DNA of 64,000 nucleotides from a bacterium (GCA_040756235.1 JBFLZG010000068.1:1-64000), one strand, 5' to 3'. Positions 1 through 10,216 are shown, numbered from the stretch's first letter. Numbers and translations are program-made. The notes: generated from the letters alone by a model not told the origin.

Positions 1-31
1 GGTGGTGTTTGGGCCGCCGGGCCGGTCGCCC

Positions 32-2488
32 CTACGACCTCGGTCCCTGGGCATATTTCACTCCGCCCTCGTCGGGGCTCGAGGACGAGAGCTCCCCGCG
101 GGCGTTCGGGCAATCCTTGTTGTTGCAGAAAAGGATCGTTTGTCCCCTCACGTCCGTGCGCTCCAGCAGATAGGGGGCTCCGCAACCTTCACACTTCCTG
201 GCGACCGGACGATACCGCAGACTGTTCCTGCATTTCGGATAGTTGGAGCAGCAGTAAAAGACTCGACCCCTTTTCCCCGCCCGCTCCGTGAACTCACCTT
301 CCTGGCAGCGGTCGCAGGGAACTCCGAGCAGGTAGGGCTTGGCTTCCTTGCACTTGGGGTAGTTCTCGCAGGCCCAAAATCGATTCCCCATGCGCGAGCG
401 CTTCAACAGGAGCCTGCCTCCGCATTTTTCGCAGAAACGCAGCTCCTCGCTGCCGTTGCCGCCCGGTCCTTCCACGGCGTCCGCCAACGACTTGGTGAAC
501 CGGCACTTGGGAAAACCCGTGCAGGCCAGAAACGGGCCGAAACGGCCGTACTTCTTCTCGAGCGGTTTGCCGCAGAGCACGCATTCCTGGCCGATTTCGT
601 TCGGCTCTTCGACGACCCGAATCCGGCCGTTCTCGTCCCGCTCGAAGGACTTCGAGTTCCTGCACTCGGGAAAGCCCGAGCACGCCAGGAACGCGTTGGC
701 CCCGTTGTAGCGAATCACCATCGGCTTTCCGCACTTGTCGCAAGCGATCTGGGTGGGAGAGCCTGCTCTTCGGATGTCGGCCATGTCGGACTTGGCCTTC
801 TCCAGGTCTTCATAGAACGGGCCATAGAATTTCTCAAGGAGGTCGACCCAGTCTCTCTCGCCGGTCTCGACGGCGTCCAGAAAAGCCTCCATGTTGGCCG
901 TGAATTCGACGTTCAGGATGTCCGGGAAGCTGTCGATGAGGAGACGATTGACGATCTCGCCCAGCTCCGTCGGGAACATCTTGCGGTCTTCGAGCTGCAC
1001 GTAGTGCTTGTCGCGGATATTGCTCAAGATACTGGCGTAGGTGGAGGGGCGGCCGATTCCTTTCTCCTCCAACTCTTTGATGAGGCTGCTCTCGGTGTAT
1101 CGGGGAGGCGGCTGGGTGAAATGCTGCTCGGCCAGCAATTCGCGCTTCCTGAGATCTTCCCCCTCCTCGACCGCCGGCAGCAAAGCCCCCTCGGCCTCTT
1201 CCTTGGCCTGCTCGTCGGCTTCCACGGTCTCGGCGTAGAGCTGGAGGTAGCCGTCGAAGACTTGGACCGAGCCGGTGGCGCGAAAGAGGCAGTCGCCGGC
1301 CTCGATCTCCACGGTCGTCTGGTCGAATTCGGCCGCCGCCATCTGGGTGGCCACAAATCGTTTCCAGATCAGCTCGTAGAGCCGGAACTCGTCCCTGGAT
1401 ACGAACGGTTTCACTGTCGACGGCTGGCGCGCGACCGAGGTCGGTCGGATCGCTTCGTGGGCGTCCTGGATGCCTTTCTTGGAGGGGTATATCCGGGCCA
1501 CCTTGGTGCAGTATTCCTTACCGTAGCTCTGCTGGATGAAGGAGCGGGCTTCGCTCACCGCCTCGCTCGAGATGCGGGTGGAATCGGTGCGCATATAGGA
1601 GATCAGCCCCTGCGGCCCCTCTTGACCGAGCTGAATGCCTTCGTACAGCCGCTGCGCGATCTGCATGGTCTTGCTGGGCGAGAACCGGTACTTGCGGGAA
1701 GCCTCCTGCTGGAGGGTGCTGGTGATGAACGGGGGCGGCGGGTTCCTGTTTCTCCGTTTCTTCTCGACCTTGAGGACCCGGAACCTTGCCTGATCGAGCG
1801 CTTCCTTGATCCTGGAAGCCTCCTCGCCGGTGCCGATGGAGGGCTTCTTGCCGCGGATCCGAACCAGTCTCGCTCGGAACGGCGGCGGAACGGCGCCCTC
1901 CAGCACGGCGTCCAGCGTCCAGTATTCCTCGGACCGAAACAGGCGGATTTCCTCCTCGCGCTCGCAGATCAGGCGCACCGCAACCGACTGCACTCTGCCT
2001 GCGCTCAGCCCGCGCTGGACTTTCCTCCAGAGGATCGGGCTGATCTGATACCCCACCAGTCGGTCCAGGATCCTTCGTGCCTGCTGAGCGTCAAACTTGT
2101 TCTTGTCGAGAGAAACCGGATTCTCCAGGGCCTTCTTCACCGCATTGCGGGTGATCTCGTGAAACAGGACCCGGTAGACCCTCTTGCCCTTCTCCAGCTC
2201 TTCGGCGACGTGCCAGGCGATCGCCTCTCCTTCACGGTCCGGGTCGGGAGCCAGGTAGATGGCGTCGGCCTTCTGGGCAGCCGAGCGCAGCTCCTTGATC
2301 ACCTTCCACTTTCCCGGGATCACATCGTACTGCGGGCGAAAGCGGTTCTCGACATCGACGCCCAGCTCTCTCTCGGGCAGATCTTTGATGTGGCCCACGG
2401 TGGCCATGACCGCGATGTTGTTCTCCAGATATCTGGCGATCGTCTTGGCTTTGGTTGGAGATTCGACGACGAGTAGCGACTTGCCCAT
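32..2488 (-). CDS. topA: DNA topoisomerase I (type IA) with five C-terminal Zn-ribbon repeats
   Basis: TOPRIM start 'LLVVESPTKAKTI', 'PDPDREGEAIAWH', 'SAGRVQS', catalytic 'ISYMRTDS', 'QDAHEAIRPT', 'GIGRPSTY' and five CxxC...C..C units. Start set at MGKSLL (2488) rather than the ORF-track 2575. Confidence 0.97.
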   Translation of the reverse strand: MGKSLLVVESPTKAKTIARYLENNIAVMATVGHIKDLPERELGVDVENRFRPQYDVIPGKWKVIKELRSAAQKADAIYLAPDPDREGEAIAWHVAEELEKGKRVYRVLFHEITRNAVKKALENPVSLDKNKFDAQQARRILDRLVGYQISPILWRKVQRGLSAGRVQSVAVRLICEREEEIRLFRSEEYWTLDAVLEGAVPPPFRARLVRIRGKKPSIGTGEEASRIKEALDQARFRVLKVEKKRRNRNPPPPFITSTLQQEASRKYRFSPSKTMQIAQRLYEGIQLGQEGPQGLISYMRTDSTRISSEAVSEARSFIQQSYGKEYCTKVARIYPSKKGIQDAHEAIRPTSVARQPSTVKPFVSRDEFRLYELIWKRFVATQMAAAEFDQTTVEIEAGDCLFRATGSVQVFDGYLQLYAETVEADEQAKEEAEGALLPAVEEGEDLRKRELLAEQHFTQPPPRYTESSLIKELEEKGIGRPSTYASILSNIRDKHYVQLEDRKMFPTELGEIVNRLLIDSFPDILNVEFTANMEAFLDAVETGERDWVDLLEKFYGPFYEDLEKAKSDMADIRRAGSPTQIACDKCGKPMVIRYNGANAFLACSGFPECRNSKSFERDENGRIRVVEEPNEIGQECVLCGKPLEKKYGRFGPFLACTGFPKCRFTKSLADAVEGPGGNGSEELRFCEKCGGRLLLKRSRMGNRFWACENYPKCKEAKPYLLGVPCDRCQEGEFTERAGKRGRVFYCCSNYPKCRNSLRYRPVARKCEGCGAPYLLERTDVRGQTILFCNNKDCPNARGELSSSSPDEGGVKYAQGPRS

Positions 2489-2525
2489 GAAGTTGTCCTG
2501 GTCCCTTTTGCGAAAGGATGAGCGG

Positions 2526-3734
2526 TTAATCGGAACGGGCAAAATGATTGCCCGGCAATCGGCGTACTTTTCCAAGAACCTCGAGCTCTGTCAAGACCCC
2601 GGCAATCCTGGGTGCGGGCCATCCGGTTCGCAGGACGAGAGTCTCCAGGCTCGTACCCTCGTCTCCGATGAGCCGCAACAACCTTCGGAATGCATGGCTT
2701 CCATGGCCCAAGTCCGGCGCGGACAATGGGCAGTCGGCACGGGCGTCTCGGGAGTTCCGATTCCCTGACAGTCGGTTTGGATTCCGTTCCACGGAGGCGG
2801 GTTCCGTGCGAAAGCAAAGGCCGCTCCCTTCTCCTTTTGCGCGACCCGAGGAGTCAGAGACAGCGGGCGGAAGCTCTTCGAGGATGTCGGCCAGGCATTC
2901 GGCGATTTTGGCTCCCTGCTTGATCAAGCGGTGGGTGCCCCGGCTCGACCGGGAGCGGATGTCTCCGGGGACCGCGAACACCTCTCTCCCCTGTTCGAGG
3001 GCCATCCGCACCGTGATCGCGGTCCCGCTCCTCTCGGACGCCTCCACCACCAGGACACCGAGCGCGAGGCCGCTGATGAGACGGTTGCGGCGCGGGAAGT
3101 TCCAGGGCGAAGCCGGGGTGCCGGGCGGAAACTCGCTCAACAGGGCCCCTTGCGCGGGAATTCTCTTGAAGAGCGCGCCGTTCGTCTTCGGGTAGACGCT
3201 CTCCGGGCCTGTCCCCAGGACCGCGAGGGTGCGCCCTCCGGCTTCCAACGCCGTCCAGTGCGCGATCGCATCGATCCCGAGAGCCGCTCCGCTGACGATG
3301 CAGAGCCCCTCCGCTGCCAGGGCCCTGGAGAAGGCTTCACAGACCGAAATACCGTATGGCGTCGCCTTGCGCGAGCCGATCACGGCAACGGCGTTCCGAT
3401 CCTCGGGGTGCAGCGTCCCTTTCACGAACAGGACCGGCGGGGCATCCGAGATGTGCCGCAGGTTTTCCGGGTAACGCGGGTCTTCATAGGAGACGATGTC
3501 GATTGCGAGCCGTTCCAGCAGGTCGAGCTGATCCTGGGGCACGGGCGCGCCGCGCGCTGCTTCGAGCGCCCGGATGCCGGCTTCCGTCATGCCGCAGGCG
3601 TGTCCCACGTCGGCGGGCGCGGCGCTCAGGACGGCCTCCGGTGAGGCGAAGATCTCGAACAGCCGCGCCGTAGGCAGGGGACTTCCGTGGAGGGCAAGGG
3701 CCGCCAGTCGGATGCGACAGACCCTGGGGTCCAC
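2526..3734 (-). CDS. dprA: DNA-processing protein DprA (Smf)
   Basis: 'AVAVIGSRKATPYG', 'IVSGAALGIDAIAH', 'FPRRNRLISGL', 'VVEASERSG', 'GREVFAVPG' and a C-terminal winged helix 'LTELEVLGKV'. Conserved dprA-topA order. Confidence 0.95.
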   Translation of the reverse strand: MDPRVCRIRLAALALHGSPLPTARLFEIFASPEAVLSAAPADVGHACGMTEAGIRALEAARGAPVPQDQLDLLERLAIDIVSYEDPRYPENLRHISDAPPVLFVKGTLHPEDRNAVAVIGSRKATPYGISVCEAFSRALAAEGLCIVSGAALGIDAIAHWTALEAGGRTLAVLGTGPESVYPKTNGALFKRIPAQGALLSEFPPGTPASPWNFPRRNRLISGLALGVLVVEASERSGTAITVRMALEQGREVFAVPGDIRSRSSRGTHRLIKQGAKIAECLADILEELPPAVSDSSGRAKGEGSGLCFRTEPASVERNPNRLSGNRNSRDARADCPLSAPDLGHGSHAFRRLLRLIGDEGTSLETLVLRTGWPAPRIAGVLTELEVLGKVRRLPGNHFARSD

Positions 3735-3758
3735 CCTGCTTTCCTTTTGCGGTGAGGC

Positions 3759-4868
3759 CTATTCCGTGCGGGCTTTAACGGCGTCTCCGACAGACAAAGA
3801 GGAACGGCTGGCCACGACCAGCACCGTGGAGGCTTTCTGTTCTGCAGCGAGGACGACCACGACCCCGGCCTTTTCGTCCGGGATCCGGACCTTCTCACCC
3901 GGCTCGATGCCCGGGACCTCTCCTCGGCTCTGAAAGACCCAAAATTCGTCTCCCGTCTCCACTCCGTCCTGGATCCCGCGGTCGATGAAGCAGACCTGGT
4001 GCTGCGCGATCTCTTGTTCTTTGCCGAGTGCCGAGACGATCATCCCCGAGACCTCCCGAACGGCCCGCTTCGAAGCGACCTCCCTGGGCAGGAGCTCGCC
4101 TTCGCGGACGAGGTCCCCGACCTCGATCGGCTCTTGCGATCCCAGGATCCGGGCGCGGGCCAGGCGATCCCCTACGTGCTCTTCGACCTGTACGGCGCCC
4201 ATAATCCTGTACAGGGTGCCGATCATCTCCCCGGTTTCCGGATGTCTCACCTGTCTGACCGCACGCAGTACCTGGTACGGGCCCGTCCCGCTCGGGTCGG
4301 TATCGCCGCGGAACTGCAGATAGATCTTGTCTCCGAAGGTAAAGAGGAAGCGCCTTTCCGGGCCGGCGATGACCGCTCCGGCCGTTGCCAGTCCGTCCGA
4401 CGCCAGCAGGGCCACGTCGGTCATCATTCTGTTGACGTGAAGAACCGAGGCCGCCGCCGGCCCCCCGACCTGCTCCTCGGTCGGAGCGACGGGCCCCTCG
4501 GAGGCCAGGGCCACCCCTGCGGGCTCAGGCGCGTCCCCCTGGCCGGACGGTCTCAGGTAGAGCGGATCGCCGGGAAAGATCAGATTCGGGTTCGTGATGT
4601 AGGAATTGCCTTTCCAGAGATAGGGCCAGAGGGTCGGATCATGGTAGAGCCTGCCGCTGATGTTCCAGAGGCAGTCTCCCTCGCGCACGATGTAATACGA
4701 GGAAGCCGCGGTGAGCTGCTGATCGGGCGAAGCCGGGGCGAACGGGACGGCCAGAAAGCCGGTGGCGGCAACGAGCAGGAGAAAAACCAACCAGGGCGTT
4801 TTCGTATGGCTGCACATCTTGTTCGGCTCCCGTTTACCCGTTGAGTGGATGCGGAAGAGGCCGGCCAT
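3759..4868 (-). CDS. LysM peptidoglycan-binding exported protein
   Basis: Signal peptide followed by LysM 'YIVREGDCLWNIS...WPYLWKGNSYITNPNLIFPGD'. Usual position upstream of dprA. Real start probably MCSHTK (~4817). Confidence 0.85.
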   Translation of the reverse strand: MAGLFRIHSTGKREPNKMCSHTKTPWLVFLLLVAATGFLAVPFAPASPDQQLTAASSYYIVREGDCLWNISGRLYHDPTLWPYLWKGNSYITNPNLIFPGDPLYLRPSGQGDAPEPAGVALASEGPVAPTEEQVGGPAAASVLHVNRMMTDVALLASDGLATAGAVIAGPERRFLFTFGDKIYLQFRGDTDPSGTGPYQVLRAVRQVRHPETGEMIGTLYRIMGAVQVEEHVGDRLARARILGSQEPIEVGDLVREGELLPREVASKRAVREVSGMIVSALGKEQEIAQHQVCFIDRGIQDGVETGDEFWVFQSRGEVPGIEPGEKVRIPDEKAGVVVVLAAEQKASTVLVVASRSSLSVGDAVKARTE

Positions 4869-4923
4869 CTATTCGGATCGGACAAAGCCTCCCATAGCTT
4901 GACGCCGCTGCGAAGCCTCTCGG

Positions 4924-5550
4924 CTAGGGCCGCTGCAGCGAGTAATGCAATAAACGTTCCCAGGCAGGATCCCCCCAGCTTCCGCTCCCCAATACCTTGT
5001 AGCGGACCACGCCTTCTCCGTCGATCAGATAGGTCTCCGGGAAGCGGACCGTCCCGAAGCTTCCGGCGACCCGCCCTCCCGGATCGAGGTAGGCCTCCAA
5101 ACCATATCCTCCCGCTTCCATGAAGGCGCGAATGGAGTCGGGACCGCTCCTGTCCACGCAGACGGCCAGCAGCACGAACCGCTCCCGGTCGAGCCGCTTT
5201 TCGAAGCGCGCCAGTGCCGGCAACTCCACCAGACAAGGCGGGCACCAGGTGGCCCAGAAGTGGACGAAAACGTTCTTTCCTCGAAAATCACGAAGGCGGA
5301 CCGGGTGGCCGGAGAGGTCCTCGACCGTAAAGTCCGGTGCCATCTGGCCGATCTCGGCTCGCCGCCCAAAGCGCTCACAGCCGGCAAAGCCCAGGAACAG
5401 GGAGGAGGCGAAGCAGGCAAGCAGGACCCCGCAAAGAGCGCCGGGCGCCGAGCCGGCGGGGCGCGACAGGAGGCTTCCGACGCGCCGGGCCGGTTGCGCC
5501 TGTCGTTGCCTGCCCGGACCTTCCGGTGCGATCAATTCGATTGCATTCAA
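4924..5550 (-). CDS. TlpA/ResA-family thiol-disulfide oxidoreductase (membrane-anchored or lipoprotein)
   Basis: 'APDFTVEDLSG...HFWATWCPPCLVELP' and 'FPETYLID.EG.VR'. Hydrophobic segment ending in 'FAGC'. Start uncertain. Confidence 0.88.
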   Translation of the reverse strand: MNAIELIAPEGPGRQRQAQPARRVGSLLSRPAGSAPGALCGVLLACFASSLFLGFAGCERFGRRAEIGQMAPDFTVEDLSGHPVRLRDFRGKNVFVHFWATWCPPCLVELPALARFEKRLDRERFVLLAVCVDRSGPDSIRAFMEAGGYGLEAYLDPGGRVAGSFGTVRFPETYLIDGEGVVRYKVLGSGSWGDPAWERLLHYSLQRP

Positions 5551-5602
5551 TAGCGGAATCCGGTATGTAACCAGCTGGGGGGTTGCCGATAAACGTACCT
5601 GC

Positions 5603-5650
5603 GGACAATTTTGAACAGCCTGCAGGAGCCGAATTCCTGCAGCCGGCTAG
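5603..5650. repeat. Degenerate remnant (one end only) of the palindromic MITE-like family, copy 1
   Basis: ggacaattttgaacagcctgcaggagccgaattcctgcagccggctag aligns with the end of copy 3 (ggacatttctgaacagcttccaggagccgaatacttggacgggctcctag). Confidence 0.6.
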
Positions 5651-5687
5651 CAGCCGGTAGCGCTATCGCCGAAGGGAGGCCGCGGCC

Positions 5688-6326
5688 GTGACCGTCGCCA
5701 GATGGATGACACGGAACCCGATCACGATTGAAGAAGATGCGCCGGTCTTCCTTGCCTTCCACCTCCTGCTCACCAACGATATCCGCCATCTCCCGGTGCT
5801 CTCCGGAGGGAAACCTGTCGGCATCATCACGGACCGGGACCTGAAGGAAGCCCTGGTCTCTTCGGATCCGGGCCGTTCGAATCCCGGTTCTCCTCCGTCC
5901 TACCACCGGATCAAGGAAGTCCGGGCCAAGAAGATCATGACACCGAATCCGATCATGATCGGCCCGGCCGCCCCGATCGAGGAAGCCGCACAGATCCTGC
6001 TCGAGAGGAAGATCAGCTGCCTGCCGGTCAAAGGCCCTGACGGAGCACTGGTGGGGATCCTTACGGTGACCGACGTGCTGAAGGCGTTCATCGAGTTTAT
6101 GGCGGTCCTGGGGGGAAGTCAACGAATCGACATCGTAATGGATTCGAGCGACTACGACAGGGTTTGCCTCCTCCTGCAGAACCAGGGCGCGACCGTCATC
6201 AGCGTCGGCATCACGGCCGAGAACGATCTCGGACGCAAGATCTACTCCTTCCGACTCAAGGATGCAGACGCGGGAAAAGTGACCGAGCTGCTGCGCAGGG
6301 AGGGGTGCTCCGTCCTGCCGTTCTGA
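5688..6326 (+). CDS. CBS-pair protein with a C-terminal ACT-like domain (AcuB-like)
   Basis: 'MTRNPITI', 'IRHLPV...VGIITDRD', 'MTPNPI', 'ISCLPV...VGILTVTD'. GTG start preceded by GGAGG. Confidence 0.88.
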   Translation: MTVARWMTRNPITIEEDAPVFLAFHLLLTNDIRHLPVLSGGKPVGIITDRDLKEALVSSDPGRSNPGSPPSYHRIKEVRAKKIMTPNPIMIGPAAPIEEAAQILLERKISCLPVKGPDGALVGILTVTDVLKAFIEFMAVLGGSQRIDIVMDSSDYDRVCLLLQNQGATVISVGITAENDLGRKIYSFRLKDADAGKVTELLRREGCSVLPF

Positions 6327-6385
6327 GCTCCCCTGGACCGTTAAGATCCGGACCGCCTGCGAATCCGCCGTGAGGTCGCGGTGTC

Positions 6386-6414
6386 TTGACAGCATTTTTC
6401 TCTTCAACAAGAAT
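6386..6414 (+). promoter_or_regulatory. Putative sigma70 promoter
   Basis: TTGACA-17 bp-AAGAAT upstream of the 6463 ORF. Confidence 0.55.
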
Positions 6415-6462
6415 GGCTTCCGCAGGGGGGACAGATGGTTTTGCTAAAAGGAGGGGGAGGTT

Positions 6463-6672
6463 ATGATGGAAGGAGGGACGAAGTCGACGCAATTCCCGCA
6501 GTGTCAAAAGTGTAACCAAGGTGTACTGATACCGCTCTCCGATTTCGGGCAGGACGGGGCGCCGATCACTTATAAGGCATGGGTCTGCACCCATCCGGAA
6601 TGCGGTTTCCACATCCGCATTGATCGCGGCGAGATCAGCATCGGAAAGACGATCAGGCCGGCGACCCGATAG
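6463..6672 (+). CDS. Small Zn-ribbon hypothetical protein (69 aa)
   Basis: CQKC...CTHPEC motif, strong SD (GGAGGT) and its own promoter. Confidence 0.75.
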   Translation: MMEGGTKSTQFPQCQKCNQGVLIPLSDFGQDGAPITYKAWVCTHPECGFHIRIDRGEISIGKTIRPATR

Positions 6673-6818
6673 CGTCGCGGCAGCTCAGGAGGACCGCGAA
6701 GGGAGAACCCGATCGCTTCAGCCCATACTCGTGCGGGGTTCGTTAAGGGGGGATACGAAGAGGTGTCCCCTTTGTCGTTTTCGCAACCGGAAGAGGGTCT
6801 TCCCCCTGAGGTGAACCG

Positions 6819-8756
6819 ATGTCCGACAAACCTTTTTTCCTCACGACGGCAATCGATTATGTGAACAACCTGCCCCACATCGGCACGGCCTACGAGAAGA
6901 TCGGGGCCGATGTCCTGGCCAGGTTCAGAAGATTCGAAGGCGAGCAGGTCTTCTTTCTCATGGGGAATGATGAGCACAGCATCAATGTGAAGAAAGAGGC
7001 ACAAGCGCGCGGCATGGATCCGAAGGCCTACTGCGACCGGATGGCCGGGCAGTTCCAGGAGATCTGGGCCAAGCTCCACATCCGTTTCGACGATTTCATC
7101 CGCACCACCGAAGAACGCCACGAGAAGGCGGTCCGGGAGCTCTTCAGGAAGATCCACGACAACGGAGACATCTATCCGGCCAAGTACAAGGGCCTCTACT
7201 GCGAGTCTTGCGAGACGTTCTACCGCGAGAAGGACCTGGTCGAAGGATGCTGCCCGCAGCACCGGACGCGCCCCCGATGGATCGAAGAGGAGAACTACTT
7301 TTTCGCTCTGTCCCGGTACACGGATCGGATACGGGACGCCATTCAGAAGGGGCGGATCCGGATCCTGCCCGAGATTCGCCGCAACGAGATCGTGAACCTC
7401 CTGGAGGCCGGCCTGGAGGACATCAGCATCTCCAGATCGACTTTTGACTGGGGCATCCCTTTGCCGATCCAGCCGAACCATGTGGTGTACGTGTGGTTCG
7501 ACGCCCTGATCAATTACATTTCCGCGATCGGATACGGCTGGGACGAAGCCCGGTTTCGGCGTCTCTGGCCTGCGGACGTGCACGTCATCGGCAAGGACAT
7601 CACCCGCTTTCACTGCATCATCTGGCCTGCCATGCTCCTGTCCGCAGGGCTCGAGCTGCCCAGGACGGTCTTCGGCCACGGCTTCGTCTACCTCAAGGGC
7701 GAGAGGATGAGCAAGACTCTCGGCAACATCGTGAACCCCATGGACATCGTGGACGTCTACGGGCCCGATGCCCTGAGGTACTACCTCCTGCGCGAAACCG
7801 CTTTCGGAGATGACGGCAATTTCACCTGGGACAACTTCATCGAGAGGTATAACCGGGACCTGGCCAATGATCTCGGCAACCTCCTGCAGCGCGTCTTGAC
7901 CATGATCCACCGCTACCGGAAGGGGAAGGTCCCTGCGCCGCAGGGCCTGGAGGAAATCGACCGTCAGCTCCAGCAAGACTGCCTCCGCCTCTACCCCGAC
8001 ATCCGCTCGTCTCTGGATCCGGCTCGGGGCGACATCCATTTTCATCTGGCCCTTGCCAGGATCTGGGAGACCATCCGCCACGCCAACCAGTACGTGGACC
8101 GCACCGCGCCGTGGGATCTGTACAAGCGCGGCCCGGAGTCGCGGTTGGACACGGTTCTGTACTGCGCATCCGAGTGTTTGAGGATCATCGGCATCATCCT
8201 CCATCCGTTCTTGCCCGAGGGCGGCTCCAAGCTCCTGGCGCAGCTCGGGCCCTCCGCGGCACAGGCGCGCATCGCAAAGGAGGAGATCTCCGCCTGGGGA
8301 GGCTTGCGGCCCGGGACGATGGTGGAGCAGCCGGAGCCGCTCTATCCGAGAATCCTGCCGGCCGCGGCCCGGGAGGCAGAGGCGGAAGCGCCTGCCGGCA
8401 CTGAATCGGCGCTGGCTGCCGATCGTGGTCCGCTGGTGTCCATCGAAGAGTTCAACAAGATCGACCTGCGGGTGGGAAGGGTCGTGCGCGCAGAGAGAGT
8501 CCCCAAGACCATGAAGCTTCTCAAGCTGGTCGTGGACATCGGCGAGCTGCGCACCATCGTGGCGGGCATCGGCAAGACTTTCGAGCCCTCCTCCCTGGAA
8601 GGCAAGACCCTCCTGATCGTGGCCAACCTGCAGCCGGTGCGGATTCGCGGCATCCTTTCGGAGGGCATGCTCCTGGCGGTGGGGGACCCCGAAGCGCACA
8701 GTCTGGTCACTCTCTCGGACCCTGGATCCGGCCGGCCCGGAGAACGCGCCCACTGA
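6819..8756 (+). CDS. metG: Methionine--tRNA ligase with C-terminal tRNA-binding OB domain
   Basis: 'TTAIDYVN..PHIG', 'GNDEHS', Zn knuckle 'YCESCE...CPQH', 'YVWFDAL', 'IGKDI.RFH', 'RMSKTLGN'. C-terminal 'DLRVG.V...ANLQP...SEGMLL'. Confidence 0.97.
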   Translation: MSDKPFFLTTAIDYVNNLPHIGTAYEKIGADVLARFRRFEGEQVFFLMGNDEHSINVKKEAQARGMDPKAYCDRMAGQFQEIWAKLHIRFDDFIRTTEERHEKAVRELFRKIHDNGDIYPAKYKGLYCESCETFYREKDLVEGCCPQHRTRPRWIEEENYFFALSRYTDRIRDAIQKGRIRILPEIRRNEIVNLLEAGLEDISISRSTFDWGIPLPIQPNHVVYVWFDALINYISAIGYGWDEARFRRLWPADVHVIGKDITRFHCIIWPAMLLSAGLELPRTVFGHGFVYLKGERMSKTLGNIVNPMDIVDVYGPDALRYYLLRETAFGDDGNFTWDNFIERYNRDLANDLGNLLQRVLTMIHRYRKGKVPAPQGLEEIDRQLQQDCLRLYPDIRSSLDPARGDIHFHLALARIWETIRHANQYVDRTAPWDLYKRGPESRLDTVLYCASECLRIIGIILHPFLPEGGSKLLAQLGPSAAQARIAKEEISAWGGLRPGTMVEQPEPLYPRILPAAAREAEAEAPAGTESALAADRGPLVSIEEFNKIDLRVGRVVRAERVPKTMKLLKLVVDIGELRTIVAGIGKTFEPSSLEGKTLLIVANLQPVRIRGILSEGMLLAVGDPEAHSLVTLSDPGSGRPGERAH

Positions 8757-8794
8757 ACGCTCGCTTGAACCTGCCCCCTTGGGGCTCGATTTAA

Positions 8795-8949
8795 GAGGCT
8801 GTTCAAAAATGCCCAGATGCAAGGCAGGCGAAGTCCTGAGGAACACAGGCCCATACCGATGACGGTGCAGAGTGGGGAGCCTGTCCCGGCGAAGGCCGGG
8901 AACGAAGGGCGAGCCGAACGCCGCAGATGGGCGTTCCGGGGACAGCCTC
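8795..8949. mobile_element. Palindromic MITE/REP-like element, copy 2
   Basis: Inverted ends GAGGCTGTTCAAAAATGCCCAGATGC ... GCAGATGGGCGTTCCGGGGACAGCCTC. Internal module cccggcgaaggccggg. Confidence 0.85.
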
Positions 8950-9028
8950 CGATTGTAAAGGGGAAGCCGATCATGCAAACTCGTATTCGGTCAGGGATCC
9001 TCGCGACGCCGGGCCGAAGGGGAGAATC

Positions 9029-9535
9029 ATGAGAAAAGCGCACAGGACGGTGGCATTTGCCCTTTCCCTCTCACTGTTCTTCCTGGTTTCCACACCGAAG
9101 GAATCGCTGGCCTTCTGGGACGGCGACACGTGGAAGACGGCCGCCATCATCTCCGGGATCACGCTGGGCGCAGCGATTGCCATCGTCCTCATTGCCGGCA
9201 CGCTGACCGATATCTTCGGCGAGCCGGAAGACCCTCTGGCCGGGATCCCGACGGAGGTCCCGGTCCTGGGGCTGAAGTGCCTGCCTCTGGAGGAGGCCGA
9301 GCAGGTGACAGGGCTTCTCTTGCGACCCTCGGCCCGGTCGGCCATCCGCGCGGACGGAGCCTGGGCCATGACGCCCTCCTTGAGCCGCACGTCGCCGGGC
9401 GGCCTCTCCGTGGTGCCTCTGCCGTTTTCGCGGGCGCTGATTTCGGGACCCGAAATGGATCGGATCGCATCCTGTTCCGGCGGGGTCGCGAGCTCGCTCC
9501 CGGGCGCTGACGCGGAGGAACTGGCGGAGCCCTGA
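9029..9535 (+). CDS. Exported/membrane hypothetical protein
   Basis: SD GGAG before ATG 9029, signal peptide (MRKAHRTVAFALSLSLFF...SLA) and a second hydrophobic helix. The ORF-track start at 8927 lies inside the repeat. Confidence 0.6.
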   Translation: MRKAHRTVAFALSLSLFFLVSTPKESLAFWDGDTWKTAAIISGITLGAAIAIVLIAGTLTDIFGEPEDPLAGIPTEVPVLGLKCLPLEEAEQVTGLLLRPSARSAIRADGAWAMTPSLSRTSPGGLSVVPLPFSRALISGPEMDRIASCSGGVASSLPGADAEELAEP

Positions 9536-9671
9536 GGGTGATTCCGAGGCACGCGGCACTCGTCCATGGCCGGGGCGGAGAGCCTGTTCCGGGCGCACGC
9601 CGGGAACGATCGCGGCGCACAGCAGAGCAGCCGGGCTTTTTTTCAGCGGCCTGCTACGGAGCAGAGATAAG

Positions 9672-10193
9672 TCAGCCGCCTGCAAGACGCAGGACGACCC
9701 GGCATCCTTTCCCGATCCGGTGTTTCGCAGCGAATCCTCCCGACACTTCCAGAGCGTAGCGGCACTCCTGTTGAGGCTGGTACACCGGACAGGGATCCAT
9801 CGGGCACGGGGGAAGTCGCTCGATCAGCTCGAGGACGGTGCCTTCCTCTGAGAGGAACAGCAGATCCAGAGACAGGAACGTGTTCTTCATCCAGAAGGAG
9901 GGCCGCGCCTTGGTCGGGAAGACGAAGAGCATACCCCGGTCCTCATCCAGCTTGTCCCGGAACATGAGCCCTCGGGATCGATCTAACTGCGTTTCTGCGC
10001 GTTCCAGGAAGACCTTGACGGGTCCACGGGGAGTCTGAAAGACGGCCTCCGCGTCGGGGCGCTGGCATGCTGCCAGGAAAAGAACGGTTACAAGAACGCC
10101 CGTGCCTGCACAGAGGGATCTCCAGAGCGCGTCACAGCGGCACGAACTCAAGGCCCGTACCCCGAGTCTAATCACGGCAAAGTTTCCTTGCAT
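9672..10193 (-). CDS. DUF192 family protein (probable lipoprotein)
   Basis: 'RSRGLMFR..L..DRGMLFVFP...FWMKNT.LSLDLLFL...YALEVSGG' and lipobox-like 'LFLAAC'. Start uncertain. Confidence 0.85.
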   Translation of the reverse strand: MQGNFAVIRLGVRALSSCRCDALWRSLCAGTGVLVTVLFLAACQRPDAEAVFQTPRGPVKVFLERAETQLDRSRGLMFRDKLDEDRGMLFVFPTKARPSFWMKNTFLSLDLLFLSEEGTVLELIERLPPCPMDPCPVYQPQQECRYALEVSGGFAAKHRIGKGCRVVLRLAGG

Positions 10194-10216
10194 TTCAACA
10201 CCGAGATTCCTATAAT
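10188..10216 (+). promoter_or_regulatory. Putative sigma70 promoter of the gsp operon
   Basis: TTGCAT-17 bp-TATAAT, about 85 bp upstream of gspC, in a locally AT-richer region. Confidence 0.65.

Noticed and set aside
2690..2870. Long low-complexity linker in DprA as a possible in-frame repeat insertion
   Set aside because: No similarity to the repeat family and no palindrome. DprA linkers before the winged helix vary in length.
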